Positions 22,921 through 32,406 of a stretch of 64,000 bases of DNA are shown here, piece after piece. Source of the stretch: Acholeplasmataceae bacterium (GTDB lineage: Bacteria > Bacillota_I > Bacilli_A > Acholeplasmatales > Acholeplasmataceae); the NCBI GenBank assembly GCA_963675245.1, contig OY775910.1, forward strand, positions 96,001 through 160,000. Direction: 5' to 3'. The translations under genes and the position numbers were made by a program. The notes below the pieces were generated by a model. The model was given only the letters and a program-made list of their open reading frames with translations. It made no database searches and had not been told where the DNA came from. Position 1 is the stretch's first letter, and every line of letters starts with the position of its first letter.

Positions 22921-23429
22921 CTTGGTAATTCGAAGAATTGCGGCGCATCGTTATCTTCAACATAAAACCACTCTTCTCCTAATGACTCTCTTCCTTCAAT
23001 AATATCGTGTACATCCTGCTTAAAATATTTAGCGGATGCGGTCGCTAAAATGTTTTGATTGGTATCACATAAATAACCTTCACCATAAATGATTGAACGT
23101 CGATAATTTGTAATCCAACCAACAACATAAAGTGTTTCATCTAATGGGACAGGTTTTAAATACTTAACATTGAGTTCAACAGTAACACTCCAAAGATTTT
23201 CATCATCCATTTGCATGGCACGGCCGATGGTTTCATCAAGAAGCGCAGCAGCGATACCGCCATGCATTCTTTTTGGCCAACCTTGATGAATATCTTCTCC
23301 TTGAAATACACCTAAAAGTCTTTTACCTTCAAGCTCATAATATTTTGTGTTTAAACCTGAATCATTATGAATACCACACACAAAACACATATGTGCATTA
23401 TTTTGTTTCTTTAATACTTTAAACTGCAT
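22917..23429 (-). CDS. PaaI/hotdog-fold thioesterase
   Basis: CFVCG..N..GL, HGGIAAALLDE, VKYLKPVP; start reset to MQFKVL. Confidence 0.85.
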   Translation of the reverse strand: MQFKVLKKQNNAHMCFVCGIHNDSGLNTKYYELEGKRLLGVFQGEDIHQGWPKRMHGGIAAALLDETIGRAMQMDDENLWSVTVELNVKYLKPVPLDETLYVVGWITNYRRSIIYGEGYLCDTNQNILATASAKYFKQDVHDIIEGRESLGEEWFYVEDNDAPQFFELPR

Positions 23430-23431
23430 CT

Positions 23432-23707
23432 CTATAACCCCAATTCTCGATGAAATAAAAATAAACTTGCTAAAAATGCAAAGACAAATAAAACTATAAT
23501 TGCGATTCGATATACCTTTAACCATTTGTCATTTTTCACAAATAAGAATACACCAAATCCTAAAGGTAATAACGCAATCATTAACTTTTCTTTCCAGTTT
23601 CCTTCAGTTGTAATCGATAAGAATATTCTAAATGCTAACATAATAACAGCTATCGCTAATGACACATAAAAGGCTGAAATAAGAACAAAAACCATGATCT
23701 CAAACAT
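23432..23707 (-). CDS. Small membrane protein
   Basis: Three hydrophobic segments; GGAGG SD. Confidence 0.65.
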   Translation of the reverse strand: MFEIMVFVLISAFYVSLAIAVIMLAFRIFLSITTEGNWKEKLMIALLPLGFGVFLFVKNDKWLKVYRIAIIVLFVFAFLASLFLFHRELGL

Positions 23708-23849
23708 GTTTCTTACCTCCTACTATGACATAAACAATACCAACAAGTAGTAATAAAAACCACCATGAACTACCTGTAAAAAACAAACCTAACATCGCTA
23801 AGAAATATGTCCCTATTGACACATAAATTCGATCTTTTCTTTTAAGCAT
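23700..23849 (-). CDS. 49-aa membrane peptide (not in ORF track)
   Basis: MLKRKDRIYVSIGTYFLAMLGLFFTGSSWWFLLLLVGIVYVIVGGKKHV; overlaps both neighbours in translational-coupling fashion. Confidence 0.6.
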   Translation of the reverse strand: MLKRKDRIYVSIGTYFLAMLGLFFTGSSWWFLLLLVGIVYVIVGGKKHV

Positions 23850-24808
23850 TAGACATCACTCTCCAATACGATATACGTGACTAATTCACCAAGTGCATTG
23901 AATTCAATGTGTCTGCCACCTTTTTCTAAATTACCATATGCGCTATACCCAGAATTTCTGCCATATGCTAATACAATACCATTTAGCATAAATGAGAAAT
24001 CATTTAAATGGTCATGTCCAACAAAGACACCCTTTGACATGCCGGCATCAACCATCGCGTCAAAAAATCCAGTGTCTTGTCCTTGTGGATATACTTTATC
24101 TTCATTAAAGATACCTGTATAACTCGCATCATTTTCATCTACCAACATAAATTGCCTTAATGGGATATGCATGAACACAACAGAATCTACAGTATCATTT
24201 GCAACACTGTTTGTGTACCATTCAACTTGACCAGTAGATAAATAACCATATTCACCTTGTTCTTCTGTGTACGTCTCTTCTTCATTTTTTGAATCAAGGA
24301 AGTAAGCATGGTAAATGACGTTACCATTATAAGTGAAATTAATTTTAAAATTACCATAACCACCATCAACTATTTCAGGTCCAACCTTAAATTTTAGATA
24401 TGTGGTATCAGCTTCTTCAACGACTTCTAACAACTGTTCATATGAACAAAAATCATTATCGTGATTACCAAAGATAAACGTCCATGGTATTTCTAACGAT
24501 TCCATTTTATCAATTAATATACGATATAAACGCATCGTCATCGGTGCCATCGTTTGATCACCTGTCAATACAATCAGATCATAATCATCAGCGGTAGCAA
24601 GCTTTTCAATTAAATCTAATGTCTTATGATCATTGTCACCAAATCCATACATTAAATGTTGGTCTGTCAGTTGTAATATTTTAATGACATTATCAGAAGA
24701 CTGAACAACCATAGGCTCATTGTCTGTATAAATAACTTCAAAGCTCATACAAGCAACTAAGGTAAAACTCATCATCATCAATAATAGTAATACCGATATT
24801 TTTTTCAT
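23849..24808 (-). CDS. Metallophosphoesterase lipoprotein (calcineurin-like)
   Basis: Lipobox LVAC; DQH, GD, GNHD, HIP, GHDH motifs. Confidence 0.85.
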   Translation of the reverse strand: MKKISVLLLLMMMSFTLVACMSFEVIYTDNEPMVVQSSDNVIKILQLTDQHLMYGFGDNDHKTLDLIEKLATADDYDLIVLTGDQTMAPMTMRLYRILIDKMESLEIPWTFIFGNHDNDFCSYEQLLEVVEEADTTYLKFKVGPEIVDGGYGNFKINFTYNGNVIYHAYFLDSKNEEETYTEEQGEYGYLSTGQVEWYTNSVANDTVDSVVFMHIPLRQFMLVDENDASYTGIFNEDKVYPQGQDTGFFDAMVDAGMSKGVFVGHDHLNDFSFMLNGIVLAYGRNSGYSAYGNLEKGGRHIEFNALGELVTYIVLESDV

Positions 24809-25245
24809 GATTGCGTTCCTTTCAAAAATAATTCTAATTCATTCATACGCACAATATGCATATCATGAACAACATCCTTATATGATATGAAAACCATCTC
24901 GTTTTCATTGACATATCTTTTTATTGGTGTTGTAAGTGGATATACAACAACAAGTTTTTTATAACCATCTCTTAACTCACTTTGATCCATTAATCGACTA
25001 GTCGATCCATAATGAACTTCCCACATCGTTGAACTATTGATGATGAGTTCAGCATTCATATTAATTTTAATGAGATGTAAATGATAAACGTCATTTCCAA
25101 TCTGATATGTTTGACCATCTAAAGTACCATACGATGTAAGCATGTTATAAATCAATGCTTTAAGTGCATCATCTTTTTTCTTGTTTATAACTATAAGTAT
25201 GATAATCAATACAAGCAAAGGTAGCCCTATATAAACAAATATCAT
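24805..25245 (-). CDS. Hypothetical protein with N-terminal membrane anchor
   Basis: Coupled ORF with single N-terminal TM. Confidence 0.65.
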   Translation of the reverse strand: MIFVYIGLPLLVLIIILIVINKKKDDALKALIYNMLTSYGTLDGQTYQIGNDVYHLHLIKINMNAELIINSSTMWEVHYGSTSRLMDQSELRDGYKKLVVVYPLTTPIKRYVNENEMVFISYKDVVHDMHIVRMNELELFLKGTQS

Positions 25246-25718
25246 AAGTCTTCTCTTTCAACTTTGGCTAAAAAATCACCATGAAATGTACAAGCAAAAT
25301 TATAATTGTTTTCATCATGAAGTATCGTCTTTAAAAAATAAGGGATATTTCTAGCAATGCCTTGATTCTCAAGATCACTTGCCCAATCTATCGTTTTCCA
25401 ATCAAGTATTCCTTCATCAACAACCAATGGGGTTTTCAACACAAAATCATCAGGTAGATAAGCAACAAACAAATAGAGACCACTACCTTTAGCATTGAAT
25501 TTGTCCCACGTCACTGTACCTTTTTCAAATACTTCTTCACTTTTAAATGTAATACCTGTCTCTTCTTCGATTTCTCTAACAATACAGGATAAAGGTGTTT
25601 CAGCATCATGAATTTTCCCACCAACACCATTCCAAGCACCCATCCAAGGTGATTTATTACGATTCAGCAATAAAACCTGATCTTTTCTTATTAAAAATGC
25701 TAGTGTGTAATGGTACAT
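25242..25718 (-). CDS. NUDIX hydrolase (MutT-like)
   Basis: GGKIHDAETPLSCIVREIEEETGI Nudix box; start reset to MYHYTL after AAAGGA. Confidence 0.9.
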   Translation of the reverse strand: MYHYTLAFLIRKDQVLLLNRNKSPWMGAWNGVGGKIHDAETPLSCIVREIEEETGITFKSEEVFEKGTVTWDKFNAKGSGLYLFVAYLPDDFVLKTPLVVDEGILDWKTIDWASDLENQGIARNIPYFLKTILHDENNYNFACTFHGDFLAKVEREDL

Positions 25719-25808
25719 GTGAAATCCTTTCATAAACATCATTTTGATGATTTTATTATAACATAATAAACCCTTTAACCATGCCATAAAAAAACAAGCT
25801 CAATAGGC

Positions 25809-25836
25809 TTGCAAAATTGTGATTTTGTGCTATAAT
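25809..25836 (+). promoter_or_regulatory. tRNA promoter
   Basis: TTGCAA-N16-TATAAT with extended TGn. Confidence 0.7.
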
Positions 25837-25852
25837 AATAAAGCATGTAAAT

Positions 25853-25928
25853 GCCCCCTTAGCTCAGCTGGCAGAGCAACTGACTCTTAATCAGTGGGTC
25901 TACGGTTCGATCCCGTAAGGGGGTACCA
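25853..25928 (+). tRNA. tRNA-Lys(CTT); serves as attB/attL
   Basis: 76 nt; acceptor GCCCCCT/AGGGGGT, anticodon arm ACTGA-CTCTTAA-TCAGT, GGTTCGATCC T-loop, encoded CCA. Confidence 0.95.
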
Positions 25929-26000
25929 AATTAAAGCAACGAATCCTTAGCAAAGCAAAACTCTCCTAAGAATTGCTCCATGACTATCAGTCACACATCT

Positions 26001-26029
26001 ATGATAAAACAAAACATTTGCTTTGTCAA
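26001..26029 (-). promoter_or_regulatory. Leftward promoter facing att (copy 1)
   Basis: TTGACA-N17-TATCAT on minus strand; conserved in modules 2-4. Confidence 0.7.
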
Positions 26030-26049
26030 TAAGAAAGGAGCATTTTAAA

Positions 26050-26262
26050 ATGCACAAGCTTAAGGAACTTCGATTAAAAGAGGGGTTATCACAAACCCAG
26101 GTAGCTAAGATTCTAGGTGTGGATCGCAGCGAAGTTTCCAATTATGAAAGAGGGACAAGAAGGCTTCATGAAGATCAAATAATTGAACTTGTTAAAGCTT
26201 TTGATACAACAGCCGATTATTTTTTAGGATTATTAGAACCCAAAAAGAAAGAGCAAAATTAA
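26050..26262 (+). CDS. XRE-family HTH repressor, module 1 (variant recognition helix)
   Basis: 70 aa from ATG after AAGGAG; LSQTQVAKILGVDRSEVSNYERG; bidirectional terminator overlapping the stop. Confidence 0.9.
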   Translation: MHKLKELRLKEGLSQTQVAKILGVDRSEVSNYERGTRRLHEDQIIELVKAFDTTADYFLGLLEPKKKEQN

Positions 26263-26282
26263 TTTGCTCTTTTTCTTTCTTG

Positions 26283-26951
26283 TTAACTAGTAGCAGTATT
26301 CAAATATATACCAACAGCTGAATAATAGCCAACATTAACTAACCCATCTTCTTCTTTTATTTTAAATGTTTGTGAACCATCCAAATGAGTTAACACTATC
26401 AAATTAACTCTAATTTCATTAAATGATCCATCGTTAATTTGTGTAATATCATGTTTGCTAATTTTAAAATAACAGAAATTATCAATTGAATCATTGAAAT
26501 CATATATAAAATAATAATCATTTATCCATTCGTCTTGAATTATTAATTGATTATTAATTTCAATTGTATTAGTATCAATAATAAAGTTCAATTCAATTGA
26601 TTCTGGATTTTCTTCATCTAAATCAACAAACTTACATTCTGTATAAGTCTCATGATTATAATAAGTTATTATTCTAAATTTATATTGAAATAAAATATCA
26701 TGTATATAAACATCATCAAAATCTGTTTTTTCTTGATGAATTACACCTGCGTACCAATCATCTGGAATACTTATAGTGTTATCATTGTGAATAAAGTAAC
26801 TACTATCCCAATTGAGTTCAATCTGATCATAAGTAGCATTAACTTCAACCCAATTAGAAATATTAAAAACTTCGTTCGGACTATGTTCAATACTACACCC
26901 CGTTAAAACAAGCAACAATGATACACAAAAAAATAAAATCGTTTTTTTCAT
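26283..26951 (-). CDS. Lipoprotein (cargo)
   Basis: Lipobox LTGC; AAGGAG SD. Confidence 0.75.
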   Translation of the reverse strand: MKKTILFFCVSLLLVLTGCSIEHSPNEVFNISNWVEVNATYDQIELNWDSSYFIHNDNTISIPDDWYAGVIHQEKTDFDDVYIHDILFQYKFRIITYYNHETYTECKFVDLDEENPESIELNFIIDTNTIEINNQLIIQDEWINDYYFIYDFNDSIDNFCYFKISKHDITQINDGSFNEIRVNLIVLTHLDGSQTFKIKEEDGLVNVGYYSAVGIYLNTATS

Positions 26952-27092
26952 TTTTTTAAATCTCCTTAATTATGTTTTGAGCAACTGAAAAACATTCAAA
27001 ATATAAAAAGGATTATCAAATTATTTCTAAAATAAAAATACCATGTTATCACCTACTATTTACAGTTTAATAATTACATGGTATAATATTCA

Positions 27093-27150
27093 CGTGCGCA
27101 TGAATATTTCATGTAATCTGGCACTATGTTCGAGCATAGTGTCTTTTTTT
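27093..27150 (+). ncRNA. Candidate ~60-nt small RNA in prophage cargo
   Basis: TTTACA-N17-TATAAT (27059-27087), hairpin CATGAA/TTCATG, terminator GGCACTATG/CATAGTGTC plus T-tract; no ORF. Confidence 0.45.
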
Positions 27151-27179
27151 ATTATATTTCTGAATGCAATTCAGTTACT

Positions 27180-27569
27180 TCAAATAAGTGAATAATTGTT
27201 AATATCAAATAAAAGAGCATTTTCATCTGTTATGTATTCACCTTCAACTTTAATGCCTTTATCACTAAATATATCAACATCAACAATAGAAGAAATTGTT
27301 TTAACTAAGTCTTTATAGTTCCATCTAACAGTAAACACATCTTTATTGCTTGTTTTGTCTGAAACAAATTTCTGTGCATTTTGATTATTTTCATCACATG
27401 TTTTAATAGCAAATTGTTTAGTATCATAATTGATGAAAATTTCAACAAAGCTAGGTGATTTTAATTTATGAATTGCTGCTTTGTTAAATGCGACACCATT
27501 CTTAGTTATTGACATCGTAGGAACACCAATAATTAAACTGTATCTATCAAAATTATCAAACAGTGACAT
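27180..27569 (-). CDS. Hypothetical protein (129 aa) with own promoter
   Basis: ORF with SD; TTGACA-N17-TATGAT at 27618..27590. Confidence 0.7.
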   Translation of the reverse strand: MSLFDNFDRYSLIIGVPTMSITKNGVAFNKAAIHKLKSPSFVEIFINYDTKQFAIKTCDENNQNAQKFVSDKTSNKDVFTVRWNYKDLVKTISSIVDVDIFSDKGIKVEGEYITDENALLFDINNYSLI

Positions 27570-27933
27570 TGTATCATCTCCCTACTAACATCATACCAGA
27601 TTTCGTTATTTTTGTCAACCGTTTGTATTCAATCATTTGTATCGTTATCGTTTTATACTTATTCTATTTATTATACTTTAGTTTTTTTCCGTTGTTCCTT
27701 TTACGTGTGAATAACATATAAAGATAAGACGGACTGTATTATTGCCCGTCTTATCTTTGGAAGGTGAATATTTGATTTATTTTTAGTGTTTCTATCTTGA
27801 ACAACTTATAGAACATAGATATAATCATGCTTAATTCTACTCTTACTAGATTCAGTTATTGGTTTTACTACCATAAAGTGGATATCTTATTTAAGATACT
27901 CTTACTCATTGTTTCTACTAAACTATACTAGAT

Positions 27934-29673
27934 CTAACCATCAATTTGTTTACCAATAATATTTTTCCAATAATATTCAGCTAGTTTTCTACCTCGTTCA
28001 TCAATTTTTTCTTCAATAAAACCACTTGGATAGTTAACAATTAATTTATTATTATGTTTATATAGAGATAGATTATAATACTCATATTTTTCAATTACAC
28101 CTATTCCACTAGGTATTCTTTCATTTATACTTTTTTCTAACAAAACTAAATTTCCTATAAAAGTAGTTTTTTGATTCTCATCATCTTCATTAATAATATG
28201 TTCTATAGATCCATCTGTGTGATTGTGATCTTTATCCGCATATGAATTTTCCAATTTATTTATGACATATTTTGCAAGAATGTTTGTACTCAATTTATTT
28301 TTAGAATACCTTAACTTTACAAAATTCTCAGAAAATTCTTCAAATGAAGGATAAATTTCGTCAAGTACTTTAGTCAGTTCATCAAGAATAGTTTGGATTT
28401 TAGTTTTTTCGCTAATTTCTCTAATTGTAATTGCATAACTAGAATATATTCCTTCTAGTCTGCTTGGCAAGTTTGAACACAAATTATTATAGACAAAATG
28501 AAAATTCTCGATATAATTTAGTACATGTTTTAATTGTCTATTTGTGATGTTGTATTTATTGTATTGATACATTAGTGCTAAGAGGATAACCCTAGATTGA
28601 ACAATATTCAAATATTCGCTTAAATTCTTGAGGTTTTGTACAAGATATTGTTTTTCCACTCTACTATCATAATCTGTCAAAATCGGTACTAAAATTTGAC
28701 TATACAATCTCGAGTTTTCAACTAATTCATTTAAAAATTCTTTTCTTTTAGAGTTATTTGTAGGTCCTTTTCTAAGAAATGAGTCGTACAATTTACTCTC
28801 GGTAACTTTTTGATATTTAGAGATCCAAAAATGTCTAAAAAATACTGAAAGAGAAATTCTTTTTCCTTTAGAATTTAAATTAGATATAGTTTCTTTCCAT
28901 TTGTTAACTGCAAAATCAGTTGGTTGAACATTATTTAGTTTTTCAAGTATATTATTTTTGATTAAATCAATTGCAGCTAATGCTTTTCCTTTTGCATTCA
29001 ATGTTTCAAAAAGAATATTTGCATATTCTTGTTCGGATGTCCATATTGCAATAATATAACATCTAATTAATTGATCTCTTACACATTTTAACATTGTAAC
29101 ATAATCTATATCAATATCTTTTTTTTGTTTAAAGATTTTTTTTAAATTTCTTTTTTTCAATTGTGAATCAAAATAATTATATGCAGACTTTATTCGATCT
29201 TCTTCTTCTGATTTTGGAGCGGTTTCTTCTCCTTCTCCTTGAATTAAATATTGAAAATACGGATTTGGTGTATCATTTTTCAAAATTGCAAATACATCAT
29301 CATTAATGTCTTTACCCATCACAAATTCCCAAATTTTATTTGCTAAAGCTCGCTCATTATTTTCAATAAATTTTTTCTTAAATATTGAAAGCATAATTGT
29401 AATTGTCGTCAATCGTTGTTGCCCATCAATAATATCAACTATATTTTCACTTCCTTTTAAATCTCCTACAAGTAAAATATTTCCTAAAAAATAATCATTT
29501 GGCACGAATGTGGATGACTGTTCATCATAAGTAATCTGATCTAAGATATCCTTATAAAATGTCTTAAGTTCATATCTTGCCCAAGAGTACTCTCTTTGAA
29601 ACCTTGGAACATTATATACTTTTTTATTTGATAACAGCACATTAATTTGAAATTTATCATATCCGAACTCCAT
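27934..29673 (-). CDS. DUF262-DUF1524 (GmrSD-like) nuclease, putative modification-dependent restriction
   Basis: VPRFQREYSW, IIDGQQRLTT, FETLNAKG, SIEHII..IGNLVLL..IN. Confidence 0.85.
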   Translation of the reverse strand: MEFGYDKFQINVLLSNKKVYNVPRFQREYSWARYELKTFYKDILDQITYDEQSSTFVPNDYFLGNILLVGDLKGSENIVDIIDGQQRLTTITIMLSIFKKKFIENNERALANKIWEFVMGKDINDDVFAILKNDTPNPYFQYLIQGEGEETAPKSEEEDRIKSAYNYFDSQLKKRNLKKIFKQKKDIDIDYVTMLKCVRDQLIRCYIIAIWTSEQEYANILFETLNAKGKALAAIDLIKNNILEKLNNVQPTDFAVNKWKETISNLNSKGKRISLSVFFRHFWISKYQKVTESKLYDSFLRKGPTNNSKRKEFLNELVENSRLYSQILVPILTDYDSRVEKQYLVQNLKNLSEYLNIVQSRVILLALMYQYNKYNITNRQLKHVLNYIENFHFVYNNLCSNLPSRLEGIYSSYAITIREISEKTKIQTILDELTKVLDEIYPSFEEFSENFVKLRYSKNKLSTNILAKYVINKLENSYADKDHNHTDGSIEHIINEDDENQKTTFIGNLVLLEKSINERIPSGIGVIEKYEYYNLSLYKHNNKLIVNYPSGFIEEKIDERGRKLAEYYWKNIIGKQIDG

Positions 29674-29685
29674 ATTATTTTACTC

Positions 29686-30981
29686 CTATTCTTCTATAAT
29701 TGAAAGTATCCACAAAATCCAACCACGTATTGAACTTGCTCTTCTATGATATGTTGAAGATACATCAGTTTTCATGCCTACATGATACAAATCATAGGAC
29801 ATCATTTTATCTTCAATTTCATTCGTTGTCATAGAATATCCTGTTTCAAAGTTTTCCTGTAAAACATCATGGAAAATTTTGTGTTCTAATATTCTATTAA
29901 CTAAAAAAAGTTGTCTCTCGATATAAGAACTTTTTAACATGGATTCACCTTCATCAGTTAATCTATAGTAGGTTATTCCATCAGATCTTTCTTTTTTCAT
30001 TAATCCAAGATATCTGCATGCATTTGTGTAATAATCAGATTGCCGAATATTAAATTCATACTCCGATGCAATAAATTCTTTGGTAAGATCTTCATTTTTT
30101 GCTAATTCACAGAGATTGATAACTTTTCTAAAATCATCAGCTTGTGGAAATGGAATTTCAGGTTCTTCAACAATAGTAACTGTATTTATAATATTTTGGA
30201 TTGTTTCAACATTAATCTGAATATCTTCATATGTATATTTTTTTTGTTTAATCAATTTTAAACTGTTGTAGTTGTTAGGATCTTCAAATTTATATTCATA
30301 AAGTGTAAATATCCCGTTTGAATAAACAAAATATACTATTTTAACTTCTTTAGAAACTTTGTCTTTCCATACTCTATAAGGAAAATATATTTGTCTTATT
30401 AGAAAATCATTAGATATGTGTTGTTTTGCTTCAACCAATGTTAAATATTTATCTCCTTCGTAAGCACCATCAATTTCTATTTGAGAATTAGCTACATCAA
30501 CTTTGCTTTCCTTCCCATCTATATCATTTATAATATTAAATGAAAACTTTCCACTACCCATTCTTCCTGAAACAGTGGGGAATATATTTTCATCTTCAAT
30601 AAAATCCTGTAACATTCCACTTATATATGAAGAGTTTAACGCTACAGTTTCACTAGTAATAACATCTTTATCTACGCTCTCTATATATGCTGGAAAATTG
30701 ATTTGTTCTATCTCATTACTTATCTCTTCAAAATCGAAAAACATTCTATGATTAGATAGAATGTATTCTCCCCTAGAAATTGGTAAGATGGAAATTTTGT
30801 GTTTTTTAAATATCTTCGGAAGATTAATGCTGTGATCGAATTTAGTAACTAATCTCGGTTCATAAACTTTTTTTATTTGTGAAGCTTTTATTATGAAATA
30901 TCCATTATTCTTAATTTCATCTAAGATATGATATTCTTCAAATAATTCTTCCCATACTACATCTGCTTTTTTCTTGCTCAT
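29686..30981 (-). CDS. Putative type II restriction endonuclease, partner of the Dam-like methylase
   Basis: QIEIDGAYE..LVEAK PD-(D/E)xK-like motif, C-terminal winged-helix-like region; translationally coupled to the methylase. Confidence 0.6.
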   Translation of the reverse strand: MSKKKADVVWEELFEEYHILDEIKNNGYFIIKASQIKKVYEPRLVTKFDHSINLPKIFKKHKISILPISRGEYILSNHRMFFDFEEISNEIEQINFPAYIESVDKDVITSETVALNSSYISGMLQDFIEDENIFPTVSGRMGSGKFSFNIINDIDGKESKVDVANSQIEIDGAYEGDKYLTLVEAKQHISNDFLIRQIYFPYRVWKDKVSKEVKIVYFVYSNGIFTLYEYKFEDPNNYNSLKLIKQKKYTYEDIQINVETIQNIINTVTIVEEPEIPFPQADDFRKVINLCELAKNEDLTKEFIASEYEFNIRQSDYYTNACRYLGLMKKERSDGITYYRLTDEGESMLKSSYIERQLFLVNRILEHKIFHDVLQENFETGYSMTTNEIEDKMMSYDLYHVGMKTDVSSTYHRRASSIRGWILWILSIIEE

Positions 30982-31814
30982 TAATAATTTCTTACAATTA
31001 CTTCGTTGATTGGTCCTCTCTCATTCCCCTTTGAATTAACATTTCTTCTAGCTGTGACAATATCTATGTTAAACTCACCATATAAATCAACAATAAAATC
31101 TGACGCGGAATTAGATAACATAAATTTAATTCCTTTATTGTCTAATTCAACGCACAATTCATATAATCTTTTTTGTGCGTTTCTGTCAAATCCCATTTCG
31201 TTATATCCTGTAAAATTTGAATTTGAGGATATCGGGTCATAAGGTGGATCAAAATAAACAAAGTCTCCTTTCTTAGCATTTTTTACTGAATTTTCAAAAT
31301 CAGTATTTAACATTTCAATTTGATTTTCGTTAAAATATGTACATACAGCTTTAATTACTGGTTCATTTACAATATTAGGTCTTTTATAACCACCATATGG
31401 TGTATTAAATTCTCCAGAACTATTTACTCGGTAAAGACCGTTGTAGCAAGTTTTATTCAGGTAAATTAGTCGTGATGCCTTTTCAACTTCAGATAATTTA
31501 CTAAATATTATTTTATTTCTATCTTTATCTCGTAATGCATAAAAATAATCTGATTCATTTTTATGTTTTTTTAGTGACTCTAAAAGTTCCGAAACATTTT
31601 CTTTAACTACTTTATAAGTTCCAATTAAATCCTCATTAATATCATTAATAACCGCTTTTTTTGGCTGAAGATAAAATAATACAGCACCTCCACCAAAAAA
31701 TGGTTCATAATATGTGTTGAATTTAGATTTAGGTAATCTCTTTTCTATTTCAGAAATCAATTGCCTTTTTCCCCCAACCCATTTAACGATTGGCATCACT
31801 AATTTGTTTTTCAT
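30981..31814 (-). CDS. DNA adenine methyltransferase, Dam/DpnM (D12) class
   Basis: KWVGGKRQL, YYEPFFGGGAV, NGLYRVNSSGEFNTPYG, FVYFDPPY, FMLSNS. Confidence 0.93.
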   Translation of the reverse strand: MKNKLVMPIVKWVGGKRQLISEIEKRLPKSKFNTYYEPFFGGGAVLFYLQPKKAVINDINEDLIGTYKVVKENVSELLESLKKHKNESDYFYALRDKDRNKIIFSKLSEVEKASRLIYLNKTCYNGLYRVNSSGEFNTPYGGYKRPNIVNEPVIKAVCTYFNENQIEMLNTDFENSVKNAKKGDFVYFDPPYDPISSNSNFTGYNEMGFDRNAQKRLYELCVELDNKGIKFMLSNSASDFIVDLYGEFNIDIVTARRNVNSKGNERGPINEVIVRNY

Positions 31815-31950
31815 TTTATCAACCCTCTATTTGTTTAATTATATCATTTTGCGAGCTAATAATGAACCAAAACAATGCACAAAATTTAAATGAAATAATG
31901 TTGTGTTTAGTTCATTATATCATATATTTAATGCTTAAATTTAACACTCA

Positions 31951-32370
31951 TTAATTGTGTTTAGTTTTAAACATAAAATTATAGAAAGTAATTATTGAAT
32001 ACCCTCTTGCATCCTTTTCAATATCTTGATCGAAATAACCATGAATATTTTTTTTCTGTGGATATATATAGTTATCAAATTCATGTTTCCATCTATCAAC
32101 AAAAATATTATAATTTTTCACTTCAATTGTTTTTTGATATTGATAAATATGTCGTAATTCATGAAATATTGTTCTTAGTAATTGATCAATTTCAGCTGAT
32201 TCATACCAAGATTCTTTAAATACGATTTTGTAACATTTTAATATAACCGCTGCTATTATCTTTTTATTACTAAAAATAGAGCCTTGGATAATCTCTATAT
32301 CTGGTGGCTCTATGTTTAAATCTCTACACCCATAAAGCAAAGCTTCGTAAACAAATTCATCTCTTGTCAT
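31951..32370 (-). CDS. HExxH zinc-metallopeptidase-like protein
   Basis: IFHELRHIYQ and downstream QDIEKDAR. Confidence 0.65.
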   Translation of the reverse strand: MTRDEFVYEALLYGCRDLNIEPPDIEIIQGSIFSNKKIIAAVILKCYKIVFKESWYESAEIDQLLRTIFHELRHIYQYQKTIEVKNYNIFVDRWKHEFDNYIYPQKKNIHGYFDQDIEKDARGYSIITFYNFMFKTKHN

Positions 32371-32406
32371 AATTTTATTCCCCTTTATATTATTTTTTGA
32401 GATTTT

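Noticed and set aside
3140..24369. Many short ORFs antisense or out of frame within long genes (e.g. 3140-3451, 3611-3892, 12668-12928, 13919-14200)
   Set aside because: Shadow ORFs of well-supported genes with no SD or motifs
25947..26141. 64-aa minus ORF and the TTG-extended 79-aa versions of the XRE genes
   Set aside because: The minus ORF is antisense to XRE; the AAGGAG SD supports the downstream ATG (70 aa)
27838..27906. TACTCTTACT twice, resembling the att core ACTCTTAA, as pre-set secondary excision sites
   Set aside because: Short AT-rich match without the flanking arm; could be chance, so not supportable without an assay
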